The notes below the pieces were generated by a model, which saw only the letters and a list, made by a program, of their open reading frames with translations, had not been told where the DNA came from and ran no database searches. From NCBI RefSeq assembly GCF_001194135.2, contig NC_068992.1, forward strand, positions 39,661,062-39,693,529: 32,468 nucleotides of DNA, written 5' to 3'. Below are positions 1 through 9,914 of the stretch, in pieces (the stretch's first letter is position 1; each line of letters begins with the position of its first letter). The DNA comes from Octopus bimaculoides. Taxonomy: Eukaryota. The position numbers and the translations under genes were made by a program.

Positions 1-223
1 GGTTAATTTCAGCTATGTCACTCACAAAGATAAAAGTTGGATGATTGATGGCACATTAAGCGGAGCGATAAATCAAATGAATTACGGTGTTTCGATCTAG
101 TGGGGTGCCATGACTGATCGATTTACAAGAAACAATACCTAAATCATCTGTGAGTTACATCCGCCCGACTGACTTCTAAAAACGAAACAGCACGTTGGAT
201 GATGTCTTACAGAGCCTTGATCG

Positions 224-233
224 TCTCTCTCTC

Positions 234-292
<59 letters not shown>

Positions 293-360
293 TAGACACA
301 TGCACACACACGCACACACATACATACGCACGAATACACACACGCGTAGACACACACACA
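224..360. repeat. (CT)n then (CA)n microsatellite; the CA part is the internal microsatellite of the adjacent family-B SINE
   Basis: Direct reading; explains ORFs 176..397, 195..512 and 199..384. Confidence 0.95.
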
Positions 361-487
361 CCTCAGTCTCCGTCTTCCAAGTAAACCCACAAGGCATTGG
401 TCAACCTTGGGCTATAGTGAAAAACCATTTGATCAGGGTGCTACGCAGTAGGACTGAAACCGGAAACATGTGGTTGCGAAGCGAGCT
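361..487 (-). mobile_element. tRNA-derived SINE family B (octopus OR-like, CORE-like body), 5' half only
   Basis: Reverse complement tggttaagaagctcgcttcgcaaccacatgtttccggtttcagtcctactgcgtagcaccctg... aligns with the heads of the copies at 4030 and 7163-7581. Confidence 0.8.
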
Positions 488-784
488 TCTTAACCAGAGA
501 AATTTGAAGTGATTTAGTTTCGTCCATCTATGTTTTAGGTTCAAATCACTTTATATCCAGGGCCTCCCCAAGTATTTATATTGATTTTATCGATTGCGTC
601 TTCCCCACGTCCCCACGAGAATTCTATGTTACCAGTATTATAAATCAATACTATATTATGAAACAGTTGTGCGCAATAATTGTGAAACTAAAAACCAGAA
701 CTATTGAGATATTGGAGGCAAAATCGTAGAAGTTTGCCATAAAAGAGATCAAAGGAATGGAATGGAAATTAATATTAATGATTT

Positions 785-990
785 TTAAATTAGCACCAGG
801 TCAGCAATGTGTTTGGATTGAAGGAATTGATTCGATCTCCTACTCTGCTATTTGACGGGTACTCTTTATTATACAACTGCAGTGTGATGAAAAGAAAAAC
901 AAAAACATGGGATTTGAACTCAAAAATTAAAGAGACATAATTGAGGACTGCAACAGATTTTAGCCATAACTCTGCTGTTTTTACTCTTCA
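785..990 (-). mobile_element. Heavily decayed SINE family A copy
   Basis: Retains ggatttgaactca (B-box complement), an aattgattcgatc-like tail block and gggtactctttatt. Confidence 0.5.
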
Positions 991-1021
991 CCCGGCAGTC
1001 TAATAATAATTATTATTATTA

Positions 1022-1218
1022 TTCCAAATTTTTGCCACAAGGACAACTTGGGGGAGGTGGGGATGAGTCGATTACATCGACTCCAGTGTTCAACTGGTAT
1101 TTATTTTATCGATACCGAAAGGATGAAAGGCAAAATCGCCCTCGGCGGAATTAGAACTCAGGATGTAGTGACGGGCGAAATACCTTACAGCTGATGATTC
1201 TGCCAGCTTGCCGCCTTC
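1022..1218 (-). mobile_element. tRNA-derived SINE family A (octopus OR-like), internally deleted
   Basis: gaaaggatgaaaggcaaaatcgccctcggcggaattagaactcagg body and ...ctgccagcttgccgcctt head, matching the other family-A copies. Confidence 0.9.
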
Positions 1219-1221
1219 AAG

Positions 1222-1254
<33 letters not shown>

Positions 1255-1283
1255 AATACTACTACTACTACTACTACTACTAC

Positions 1284-1377
<94 letters not shown>

Positions 1378-1397
1378 AATAATAATAATGATGATAA
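1219..1397. repeat. Compound trinucleotide microsatellite (CAA)n(TAC)n(TAA)n(GAT)n
   Basis: Direct reading. Confidence 0.95.
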
Positions 1398-1398
1398 T

Positions 1399-1611
1399 CC
1401 TTTCTAATGGAGGCACAAGGCCTCAAATATGTGGGGAGGGGACTAATCGATTTCATCGCCCCAGTGCTTCACTGGTACTTACTTTATCGACTCCAAAAGG
1501 ATTAAAGACAAAAGTCGATCTCGGCGGAATTTGAAGTCAGAATGTAAAGACGGACAATATACCGTTAAGCATATTATCCGGCGTGCTAATGATTCTGATA
1601 GCTCACCGCTT
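1399..1611 (-). mobile_element. SINE family A, full length, tail type 1
   Basis: ctttctaatggaggcacaaggcc tail, cggcggaatttgaagtcagaa B-box region and gctcaccgcttt head. Confidence 0.9.
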
Positions 1612-1612
1612 T

Positions 1613-1613
1613 A

Positions 1614-1684
<71 letters not shown>
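1613..1684. repeat. (AAT)n microsatellite, left flank of the R4/Dong insertion
   Basis: Direct reading. Confidence 0.95.
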
Positions 1685-1686
<2 letters not shown>

Positions 1687-2582
1687 GCGAAAGAAATAGA
1701 CAGAGAAAAATCCCAGCAATGGCTGAGAAGCTCAGGACTCAAAGCAGAGACTGAAGGATTTTTAATTGCTGCACAAGACCAAAGCCTCCCCACCAGAAAT
1801 TACCAAAAACACATAATGAAAAGAAATACAACAAGTAACTGTAGAATATGTGGAGATCGACAAGAAACAATAAATCATATTATCTCTGGCTGCCCAGTCC
1901 TGGCTAAGAAGGAATATATTCACAGACACGACAGAGCTGGGACCTATATACACTGGAAGCTATGCCAACATTATGGAATAGNNNNNNNNNNNNNNNNNNN
2001 NNNNNNNNNNNNNNNNNNNNNNNNNNNNNNNNNNNNNNNNNNNNNNNNNNNNNNNNNNNNNNNNNNNNNNNNNNNNNNNNNNNNNNNNNNNNNNNNNNNN
2101 NNNNNNNNNNNNNNNNNNNNNNNNNNNNNNNNNNNNNNNNNNNNNNNNNNNNNNNNNNNNNNNNNNNNNNNNNNNNNNNNNNNNNNNNNNNNNNNNNNNN
2201 NNNNNNNNNNNNNNNNNNNNNNNNNNNNNNNNNNNNNNNNNNNNNNNNNNNNNNNNNNNNNNNNNNNNNNNNNNNNNNNNNNNNNNNNNNNNNNNNNNNN
2301 NNNNNNNNNNNNNNNNNNNNNNNNNNNNNNNNNNNNNNNNNNNNNNNNNNNNNNNNNNNNNNNNNNNNNNNNNNNNNNNNNNNNNNNNNNNNNNNNNNNN
2401 NNNNNNNNNNNNNNNNNNNNNNNNNNNNNNNNNNNNNNNNNNNNNNNNNNNNNNNNNNNNNNNNNNNNNNNNNNNNNNNNNNNNNNNNNNNNNNNNNNNN
2501 NNNNNNNNNNNNNNNNNNNNNNNNNNNNNNNNNNNNNNNNNNNNNNNNNNNNNNNNGAAAGCACGTTATAAAAATAAAACTA

Positions 2583-2585
<3 letters not shown>
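1685..2585 (+). mobile_element. 5'-truncated R4/Dong-clade (RLE) non-LTR retrotransposon; interior lost in the gap 1982-2556
   Basis: 1685-1981 is an open frame: NAKEIDREKSQQWLRSSGLKAETEGFLIAAQDQSLPTRNYQKHIMKRNTTSNCRICGDRQETINHIISGCPVLAKKEYIHRHDRAGTYIHWKLCQHYGI. It carries the AAQDQ motif, the CxxC...HxxxxC zinc knuckle and RHD typical of R4-type ORFs. 2557-2585 (gaaagcacgttataaaaataaaactactg) followed by (AAT)n is interpreted as the 3' end. Confidence 0.88.
1982..2556. other. Assembly gap; other gaps at 6684-6693, 10598-11321, 13065-13320, 15393-16350, 18982-19102, 24684-24865 and 26156-26254
   Basis: Runs of N; all X-rich ORFs in the track are artefacts of these gaps. Confidence 1.
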
Positions 2586-2647
<62 letters not shown>

Positions 2648-2654
2648 TAATAAA

Positions 2655-2745
<91 letters not shown>

Positions 2746-2790
2746 GTGATGCTGATGACGAGAATGAAGATGGTGGTGATGGTGATGGTG
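2586..2790. repeat. (AAT)n tract grading into GAT/GGT repeats
   Basis: Direct reading. Confidence 0.95.
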
Positions 2791-2989
2791 GTGGTGGCCA
2801 GCAAGTTCGGGAGAGGGATAAGTCAATTACATCGACTCCCAGTACACCACTAGTACTTAGTGTAACGACACCGAAATACTGAAAGGAAAAGTCGACTTCG
2901 GCAGGATTTGAACTTAAACCCAAAGAGCTGGAAGATATGCTGCCGATCATCTTGTTCGACGCACCCACGATTCTTCCAGCATGCTGCTT
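2790..2989 (-). mobile_element. SINE family A, diverged
   Basis: aagtcgacttcggcaggatttgaactt body, gtcaattacatcgactcccagt tail block and ccagcatgctgcttt head. Confidence 0.8.
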
Positions 2990-3016
2990 TAAAAACAGCA
3001 ACAATAACAATAATAT

Positions 3017-3206
3017 TTCATATTTTGGTACAAGGCCAGTAACACCGAAAAATGGTGTAAATCGATTATATCAACTGATACGTACTTTATCGATTTGAAT
3101 TGTTGAAGGGCAAAGTCGACTTCGTTGGAATTTGAACTCAGAACATAAGGAACCAGAACGAATGCTGCTAAGCTTTTTTCCGATGCGCTAACGATTCTGC
3201 CAATCT
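3017..3206 (-). mobile_element. SINE family A, diverged
   Basis: tacaaggccag tail, gggcaaagtcgacttcgttggaatttgaactcagaac body and gctaacgattctgcca head. Confidence 0.8.
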
Positions 3207-3217
3207 AACAGCAATAA

Positions 3218-3481
3218 AGATAAATTTTCTTTCTCGGGTCCTATCGACTCATAAGGGCCGTTTCCCCGGTTTCCTTGGGGTATAAATTACCCCCACCTGG
3301 ATGGGATACTGGTCCTTTGCAGGGTTAACTCATTTTTGCCAGTTGAGTGGACTGGAGCAACGTGAAATGAACTGTTTTGCTCAAGAACACAACGCGTCGG
3401 CCCGGTCCCGGTATCGAAACAATATTCTTACGATCATGAGTCCAACACCCCTAACCTCTAAGCCATGCGCCTCCCACATTC
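3218..3481 (-). mobile_element. tRNA-derived SINE family C with 11-bp TSD
   Basis: Reverse complement head gggaggcgcatggcttagaggttaggggtgttggactcatgatc...gtttcgataccgg has A/B-box-like motifs. Direct repeat aacagcaataa at 3207-3217 and 3482-3492. Confidence 0.8.
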
Positions 3482-3502
3482 AACAGCAATAACAATGCAT
3501 AT

Positions 3503-3649
3503 CCTAACACAGGCTCGGCACTTGAGATTTGTTTATGGTAGAGGTATTTAGTTAATCTAATCGATCATAGGACTTCATTGGTTTATTTTGGTCGACTCTG
3601 TAAGGCTGAAATCCAAAGTGTGCATCGATGGAATTCGAACTCAGAATAT
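3503..3649 (-). mobile_element. Old decayed SINE family A copy, target of the younger copy at 3650
   Basis: ctaatcgatc...ggtcgactctgtaaggctgaaatccaaagt...ggaattcgaactcagaat resembles the family-A body. Confidence 0.6.
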
Positions 3650-3863
3650 TTCTTTCTCCTCTAGGCACAAGACCCGAAACTTTTGGGGAAGGGGCCAGTC
3701 GATTACATCGACCCCAGTACGCAACTGGTACTTAATTTATCGACCCCGAAAGGATGAAAGGCAAAGTCGACCTCGGCGGAATTTGAACTCAGAACGTAAA
3801 GACAGACAAAACATCACTAAGCATTTCGCCCGCGTGCTAACGTTTCTGTCACCTCACCGCCTT
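3650..3863 (-). mobile_element. Young SINE family A copy with perfect 18-bp TSD
   Basis: aattcgaactcagaatat at 3632-3649 and 3864-3881; body close to the copies at 6278, 27405 and 31351. Confidence 0.95.
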
Positions 3864-4029
3864 AATTCGAACTCAGAATATGCTTTTCTTTTCTAATCTA
3901 GACACAGGGCCCAACTCGGAATATTAAGTGACATAATAAAATACTGGTAGGGGTTTTTGTTCGCTGCACCATCGATTCTGTTTTTTTTCAAAAAATGAGA
4001 TTATAAGAACGATGATGATTGTTTTGGTA

Positions 4030-4525
4030 GTTATCGCAATAGTGGTTCGAGGTTCAGTCCCACTGCGTGGTACCTCGGGCAAAGGTCTTCTACTACAGAT
4101 TTGGGTCGACCAAAGCCTTGTGAATGGATTTGGTTGACGAAAAATGAAAGAATCCTCTTGTGTGTGTATATATGTGTGTGTGTGTCTTGTGTGTTTGTGC
4201 GCGCGCGTGTGTATGTGTATTGTGTATATGTTTTGTGCGTGTGTGTTGTGTGTTGTGTGTGTGCGTTTTGAGTGTGTTGTGTGTGTGTGTATTTGTGTGT
4301 GTGTATTTGTGTTCGTATTTTATCCACCACTACCGCTTGACAACCGGTGTTGGTGTGTTCACCTCCCTATAACGGTTCACTCGAAGATACCGATAGAAAA
4401 GTACCGGGCTTGATAAAAAAACAAAAAAACTGTCGTCGGTTCATTCGACGAAAAAATTCTTCAAGGCGGTACCCCAGCATGGCCGCATTCTAATGACTGA
4501 AACAAGTAAAAGATAAAAAATAAAT
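4030..4525 (+). mobile_element. SINE family B, near full length, with internal (TG)n
   Basis: gaggttcagtcccactgcgtggtacctcgggcaaag head/CORE-like block, TG tract at ~4160-4315 and ccagcatggccgc...tgactgaaacaagtaaaag tail. Confidence 0.9.
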
Positions 4526-5235
4526 ACAATTCCTGTAGTGGAGTCTATTTTATTGACTATTTGACCTTTGGCCTTCTTTCAGCGGCTGCGGCCGAGATGC
4601 ACCTCGCCACCCCAGGCTACGCTAAGAATCCTGTACAGATTCCTGGTGTGGCGTAGTTTTCGTAATTCCTTTATTTCTTGTAAGTAGCTGTTATTAACGC
4701 AAGGTATGTGACTGATCTTCGTCGCCATTGGGGTGCTGAAATCTCGGAAATACATCCAATATGGCCTGTTGTTGTGTTAAGAAACTACAGTAAAAATGGG
4801 TATTATATCTTGCTTGGTGTTCTACGTACAACATGAAATATTTTGAGTCTTTTTAAGAATCCTAGAATAAGTGCTATTCAAGGCGACTTAAAACTTCTTC
4901 GTCAGAGACCAGGTTTCAGTTAGATAGGGAAGGATGCTCTCTAGACATATCTGAAATGGCCAACTTTGTTGACTTACTAATTTCTCAGTGCAAAAAAAAA
5001 AAAAGAAAAAAAGCAAAGACCGAGATCATAACTGTTAACGAGGGGGTCATCTGTTAGTTTCATAAAAGGCGGCTAAAAGCGGTTGAGGTAGGATATATGC
5101 TCCAACGTCGGAAAACCCTCACCGACAACGATTAGGCTGGAGGGCTAACGCCTGGCTGATGCAAAGATGTTACCCGCCACGTATAAGATATCATCAACAA
5201 ATGGTGGATGCAGGAACGAGCTGTTACAGCTGATA

Positions 5236-5280
<45 letters not shown>
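5236..5280. repeat. (TAC)n microsatellite
   Basis: Direct reading. Confidence 0.95.
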
Positions 5281-5799
5281 ATCTGCTAGCTTGTTCCAAC
5301 AAGGGTTTACATCTCAAATGGGGGTCAGTGACTTGAATACTTAGGTTCCTATGTTGCTGGGAGTAAAATGGACTTCCCTGACATAAAAGAGTCAAGTCTG
5401 GAGTGTCTGCAACAAGCTTCAAGTTCGATATCAATATTTAGTTTAATAAAAGACAATGAAATTTGAAAGGCTGTCGAGCATCGTTCTGAATATCAATATC
5501 ATACAGATGTTAGACTCGGCTATTAATCCCGTACTTTCACAATCATATCTATTTTTAAAATCTCAGCATTGAGCTAAATATATCAGACGCGATAAGTACA
5601 AATAATATAACATTTTATTAAAAAAAAAAAAAAAATGAAAAAGCCAGAAAATATAGAACTTAGTTGAATCTAATGTTGACATTTTTCATGACATTTCTTT
5701 TGAAGCATTTAAAAAGAGAAAAAGAATGAGAGCAAGGAATATTATTTCTAATTTATTATTAGAGGAATATTACATTTAATATATTCTTATATTAATATA

Positions 5800-5862
5800 T
5801 CAGGGCTGTGCTACAACATGATCGCAGTCCAATGAATGAAACAAGTAAAAAATAAAGGAAAT
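5800..5862 (+). mobile_element. 3' stub of SINE family B
   Basis: gggctgtgctacaacatgatcgcagtccaatgaatgaaacaagtaaaaaataaagg matches the family-B tail. Confidence 0.7.
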
Positions 5863-6277
5863 ATAAAAGTGAATATACGTATGTATGGAGGTAACAGTTT
5901 TATAGCCAGGGAGCTAAATTTCTGCGTGGGGATACAGTATCTTAGGAGTAAGGCGATAATTTATGTTAGTTTGCTTTGTAGAAAAGGAAATTTGATAACA
6001 ATGGTGGATGAATATAAAAAGAGTAGTATCTGTGGAAATACCAGGGTTATTTTGAAATTGTTAGCTGGAATTGTATATTTTTCTTGAGATGTTGTAAAAT
6101 TCCACATAAGCAGTATTAAAAGTAGAATATCAAGAAACGGCATTTCCGATAGCCATATGCTCACGTCTTCTACTTTGTGAATTGCTGTCTGTTATTTTTA
6201 TCTTTACGACAGCAAATAAACTATCTTAACTATGGAACAAAATCAAAGCCATTTCTATAATATTATTCTGCTCTTGT

Positions 6278-6651
6278 TTAGCACGCCGGGCGAAATGCTT
6301 AGCGGTATTTCGTCTGCCACTGCGTTCTGAGTTCAAATTCCGCCGAGGTCGACTTTGCCTTTCATCCTTTCGGGGTCGATAAATTAAGTACCAGTTACGC
6401 ACCGGGGTCGATATAATCAACTTAATCCGTTTGTCTGTCCTTGTTTGTCCCTTCTGTGTGTAGCCCCTTGTGGGCAGTAAAGAAATAGGTATTTCGTCTA
6501 CCTGTACGTTCTGAGTTCAAATTCCGCCGAGGTTGACTTTCTCTTTCATTCTTTCGGGGTCGATAAATTAAGTACCAGTTACGTACTTGGGTCGTTCTAA
6601 TCGACTGGCCCCTCCCTCAAAATCTCAGGCTTTGTGCTTAAAGTAGAAAAG
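6278..6651 (+). mobile_element. Dimeric SINE family A (tail-2 unit fused to a headless tail-1 unit) inside one 16-bp TSD
   Basis: attattctgctcttgt at 6262-6277 and 6652-6667. Unit 1 ends gtgggcagtaaagaaata; unit 2 starts directly at ggtatttcgtc (~6488). Confidence 0.88.
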
Positions 6652-7162
6652 ATTATTCTGCTCTTGTGCTTATAAAGATTATANNNNNNNNNNCTTTATA
6701 AGCACAAGAGCAGAATAATCTCCCCCAAAATTTCGGACCTTGTACCTAGAGTAGAAAAGATTATTCTGCTCTTGTGCTTTGGTAAACTTTAAACAAATCT
6801 TAATAAGGTCACCTCTCATTCTCTCTTTTTGTTTCTCCTTTCAGTTAACCACATGACAGCGTCACACATTTGACCATTGCAATTTAGTATTTAGATACCA
6901 GATGAGACCGAAAATCAAACTGGAGCTGGAAAATGAGCTGGTAGTAATATTTCTAAATATTATGTCTACTTCGATAATTATAAATGAATTCTAGAGAGAT
7001 GAAACAAAGAGATCAATTTTATGAGTTACTGTCTTTTCTCAAGAGATTCGATTGAATAGACACTGTATAAAGCTCACCTTCAACTGCCATCCGATTTATT
7101 TGCCTGCAACAAGTCCAAGTAAATTCAAATTCCCAAACCACATGAAGATCATCAGAATATAT

Positions 7163-7581
7163 TCTTTTCTTTTACCTTTTATTTTTTCATTCTTTCAGCC
7201 ACTTGGTTGCGGTCATGCTGGAGGCACCGCCTTGAAGAATTTTCAGTCGAATGAAACGACCTCAGTACGTACTGTTTTAAGCCCGGGACTTATTCTATCG
7301 TTTTCTTTTGCTGAACCGCTGGTTTACAGGGACGTAAACACGCTAACATCGGTTGTCAAACAGTGTTGAGGGATAAACACACACACACATACATGCACAC
7401 ATGCATTCACACACATACGACGAGTTTCTTTCAGCTTCCGTCTACCAAATCCACTCACAAAGGGTTTGGTCGACCTGAGGCTAGAGTAGAAGACATTTAC
7501 CCACGGTACCACGCAATGAGCCTGCACCCGGAACCATATGGTTCGGACGCAAACGTCTAACCTCACTGCCACGCCTGCGCC
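7163..7581 (-). mobile_element. SINE family B, full length
   Basis: Tail complement tttcagccacttggttgcggtcatgctggaggcaccgcc, internal CA/CATA tract and head ending ctgccacgcctgcgcc. Confidence 0.92.
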
Positions 7582-8303
7582 TTCACTTATCCAAAATACG
7601 CGAATAGTGAATTAATGTGATAGTATTTACTTTCAGTATTAAACAAAAAACCCGAGTAAGAGCTGGGTTCGATTGGTAGTTGATGATAAACTGTAGTGAA
7701 CGTGAAATATTGATCTAATTATCCAGAAACATTAAAAAGTTGTGTTTTTTTTTAGTTATCAAAATATATACAAATACTTCCAGTAAATTTAGTCATATTT
7801 ATAACTTGTTCAACCACATTTAAATTACAAGTTTCTAGCTTTCGAATATATAAAACAAATTGATATTAAACTATACTGAGAACTTGAAATTACAATAAGG
7901 ATTGCACTTAAATAAATATTATAACGATTCTATTTTTGTTATCTTCAATGACATGTCTAATAACTAACAATACTGAACGTGTTTAATATCAATGATTTTC
8001 CAAGACAATAAATGATCAATCATTTTATCATAAAGATAATTCTGAGACGCCATCTGGACGATACATAATAGTTTTATTAGAGAAAAATTTAATTTATGTG
8101 TGGAACATTAAAAATCTAATTAAAGATAAAGAAAAATAGTATTAATAATGTTTGTCGATGGTTATTATTTATTTGTATTCATTCAGCAAGTAGGGGAAAT
8201 GATTTCCAGTAATGTTTTAGATTTAATTAACTTCATTATCAGTCGTATAGTATCGCCATAACTTGCCCAAGTATCAGCGTACGAATCACTCAATATACAT
8301 ACA

Positions 8304-8470
8304 CGAGGGGGCGCTGAAAGGTCTCTGGCTTTAAGGGTATAGCGAAAGGCTTGGCTGAAGGCCCAAACTTCCGCTGCAATAAGTGTGTGAATCTGAGAAT
8401 GGAATACGTGGAAGCACAAAATGCCAATTGATTAAATCGGTTTTTTCTCCAACCAAAATATTGACCTCGT
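8304..8470 (+). mobile_element. Decayed mariner-derived MITE, same family as 29536-29755
   Basis: cgagggggcgctgaaaggtctctggctttaagggtatagcgaaagg and cgctgcaataagtgtgtgaatctgag match the reverse complement of the 29.6-kb MITE, with an internal deletion of ~40 bp; ends acctcgt. Confidence 0.75.
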
Positions 8471-8649
8471 CTCAGTGTTAAAAATCATATTTTTAAAATC
8501 AGAATTTACAGTCTGAGTTTAAAAAAATCCCGCATTTTGTAGTTTGCTGAATGAGCACTACTTATGTTCTGGGTCGATTTATTTGACTATGACAGCGAAA
8601 CTCCAAACGATAATGTTCAGATATTCAGGTTCGAAACTTGTAGAACGCA

Positions 8650-9070
8650 TTTAGAATGAATAGATAGGCTATTTTCATGAATTATTGCTTGGCAGGCATC
8701 AGCACACATCAGAAAATAATTTGTTTGTGATTTCTATAAACTGAAAAATATCCTTTCCGCTGGACTTATGAATCTAAAACGAGTGCAGGTTCCAAAAAGA
8801 GCTTCCTGTCTTTTTACATTCTTAAGTCCAATGGCATAGATTTGACGGAGGAGACATACAACATGGTAGAAACTTCACACTATCTCAAAGTCCCCTTCCA
8901 TATCTTCTAATCTTCCATATCTTCCATATCTTCTAAAGTGGGGAGGTATACTCCGATTACGAAACACAACAACAGTTGGATATTCACTTACGAATTTGCA
9001 AGAACGTATTAAAAATGAATAGATACGACGTTGTTTCGATTCCGCTGTCAGGTTGCACCTCATGAATTAT
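8650..9070. repeat. Unclassified ~300-380 bp repeat unit, copy 1
   Basis: catcagcacac..agaaaataatttgtttg, tttgac.gaggagac, tatctcaaag and attaaaaatga.tagatacg are shared with 12340-12610; catgaattatt occurs at both 8676 and 9060. Confidence 0.75.
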
Positions 9071-9136
9071 TATTTATCTTCCAAGTTTTATCAATTAAAC
9101 TTCCAAGTTTTATCAATTATGCTACTCATTTATATA

Positions 9137-9478
9137 GGTATGTGTGTGTGTATGCTTGTCTATCTACATATATAAATACATATGTACGTATGTATGTATG
9201 TATGTATGTATGTATGCGTATGTATGTATGCATGTGTGTCTGTATGTATGCATGTATGTATGTATGTATGTATGTATGTATGCATGTGTGTGTATGTATG
9301 TATGTGTGTGTATGTATGTGTGTATGTATGTATGTGTGTGTGTGTATGTATGTATGTATGCATGTATGTATGTATGCATGTGTGTATGTATGTGTGTGTA
9401 TGTATGTATGCATGTATGTGTGTGTATGTATGTATGTGTGTATGTATGTATGTGTGTATGTGTATACACACATGTGCG
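9137..9478. repeat. (TATG)n/(TG)n compound microsatellite
   Basis: Direct reading; source of the six ORFs at 9031-9572. Confidence 0.95.
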
Positions 9479-9610
9479 TATAGTGTTTGGTGCTGTTGAT
9501 CGGCTGGTAGCAAACAACAAAGCATTTTTAGCTGGATCTTCAACTTTCGTCTTTTATTGGTTTATTGAATAAGCCGTCAAAGGGAAACTTGAAGTCTCAG
9601 ACAATCAATA

Positions 9611-9765
9611 TTGGTTTCGAATTTTGACACAAGGCCAGCAATTTCCAGGAAGCGAGTAAGTTGATTAGGTCGAACTCAGCAGAATTTGAACTCAGAACGT
9701 AAAGACGGACGAAATACCAGTAAGCTTTTAGACCGGTGTGCTAACGATTTCGGAAGCTCACTCCT
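9611..9765 (-). mobile_element. SINE family A, internally deleted
   Basis: gacacaaggccagcaattt tail and gaatttgaactcagaacgtaaagacggacgaaatacc body. Confidence 0.8.
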
Positions 9766-9914
9766 TGGGCGAATTGATATTATCAACGTTAACATACACA
9801 CACCTTATAACTGAGAACACACACGCACACACATACACACACACACACACACGCACGTGAATATGTTTGTGCTTGTGTGTGTACGTGTCTGTGTCTGTGT
9901 ATGTGTGTGCACGT

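Noticed and set aside
3400-3476. tRNA-like heads of SINE families A, B and C as tRNA genes
   Set aside because: No complete cloverleaf; each continues into a SINE body and tail.
4583-4780. Minus-strand peptide QEIKELRKLRHTRNLYRILSV resembling protein kinase subdomains III-IV
   Set aside because: Short, needs an insertion to fit, runs into a stop with no clear splice sites, and no other kinase exons are visible.
5961-6143. Minus-strand 60-aa ORF with a signal-peptide-like start (MPFLDILLLILLMWNFTTSQE)
   Set aside because: Hydrophobic runs are common in AT-rich DNA; the donor is weak (gtattt) and no downstream exon or family match is evident.
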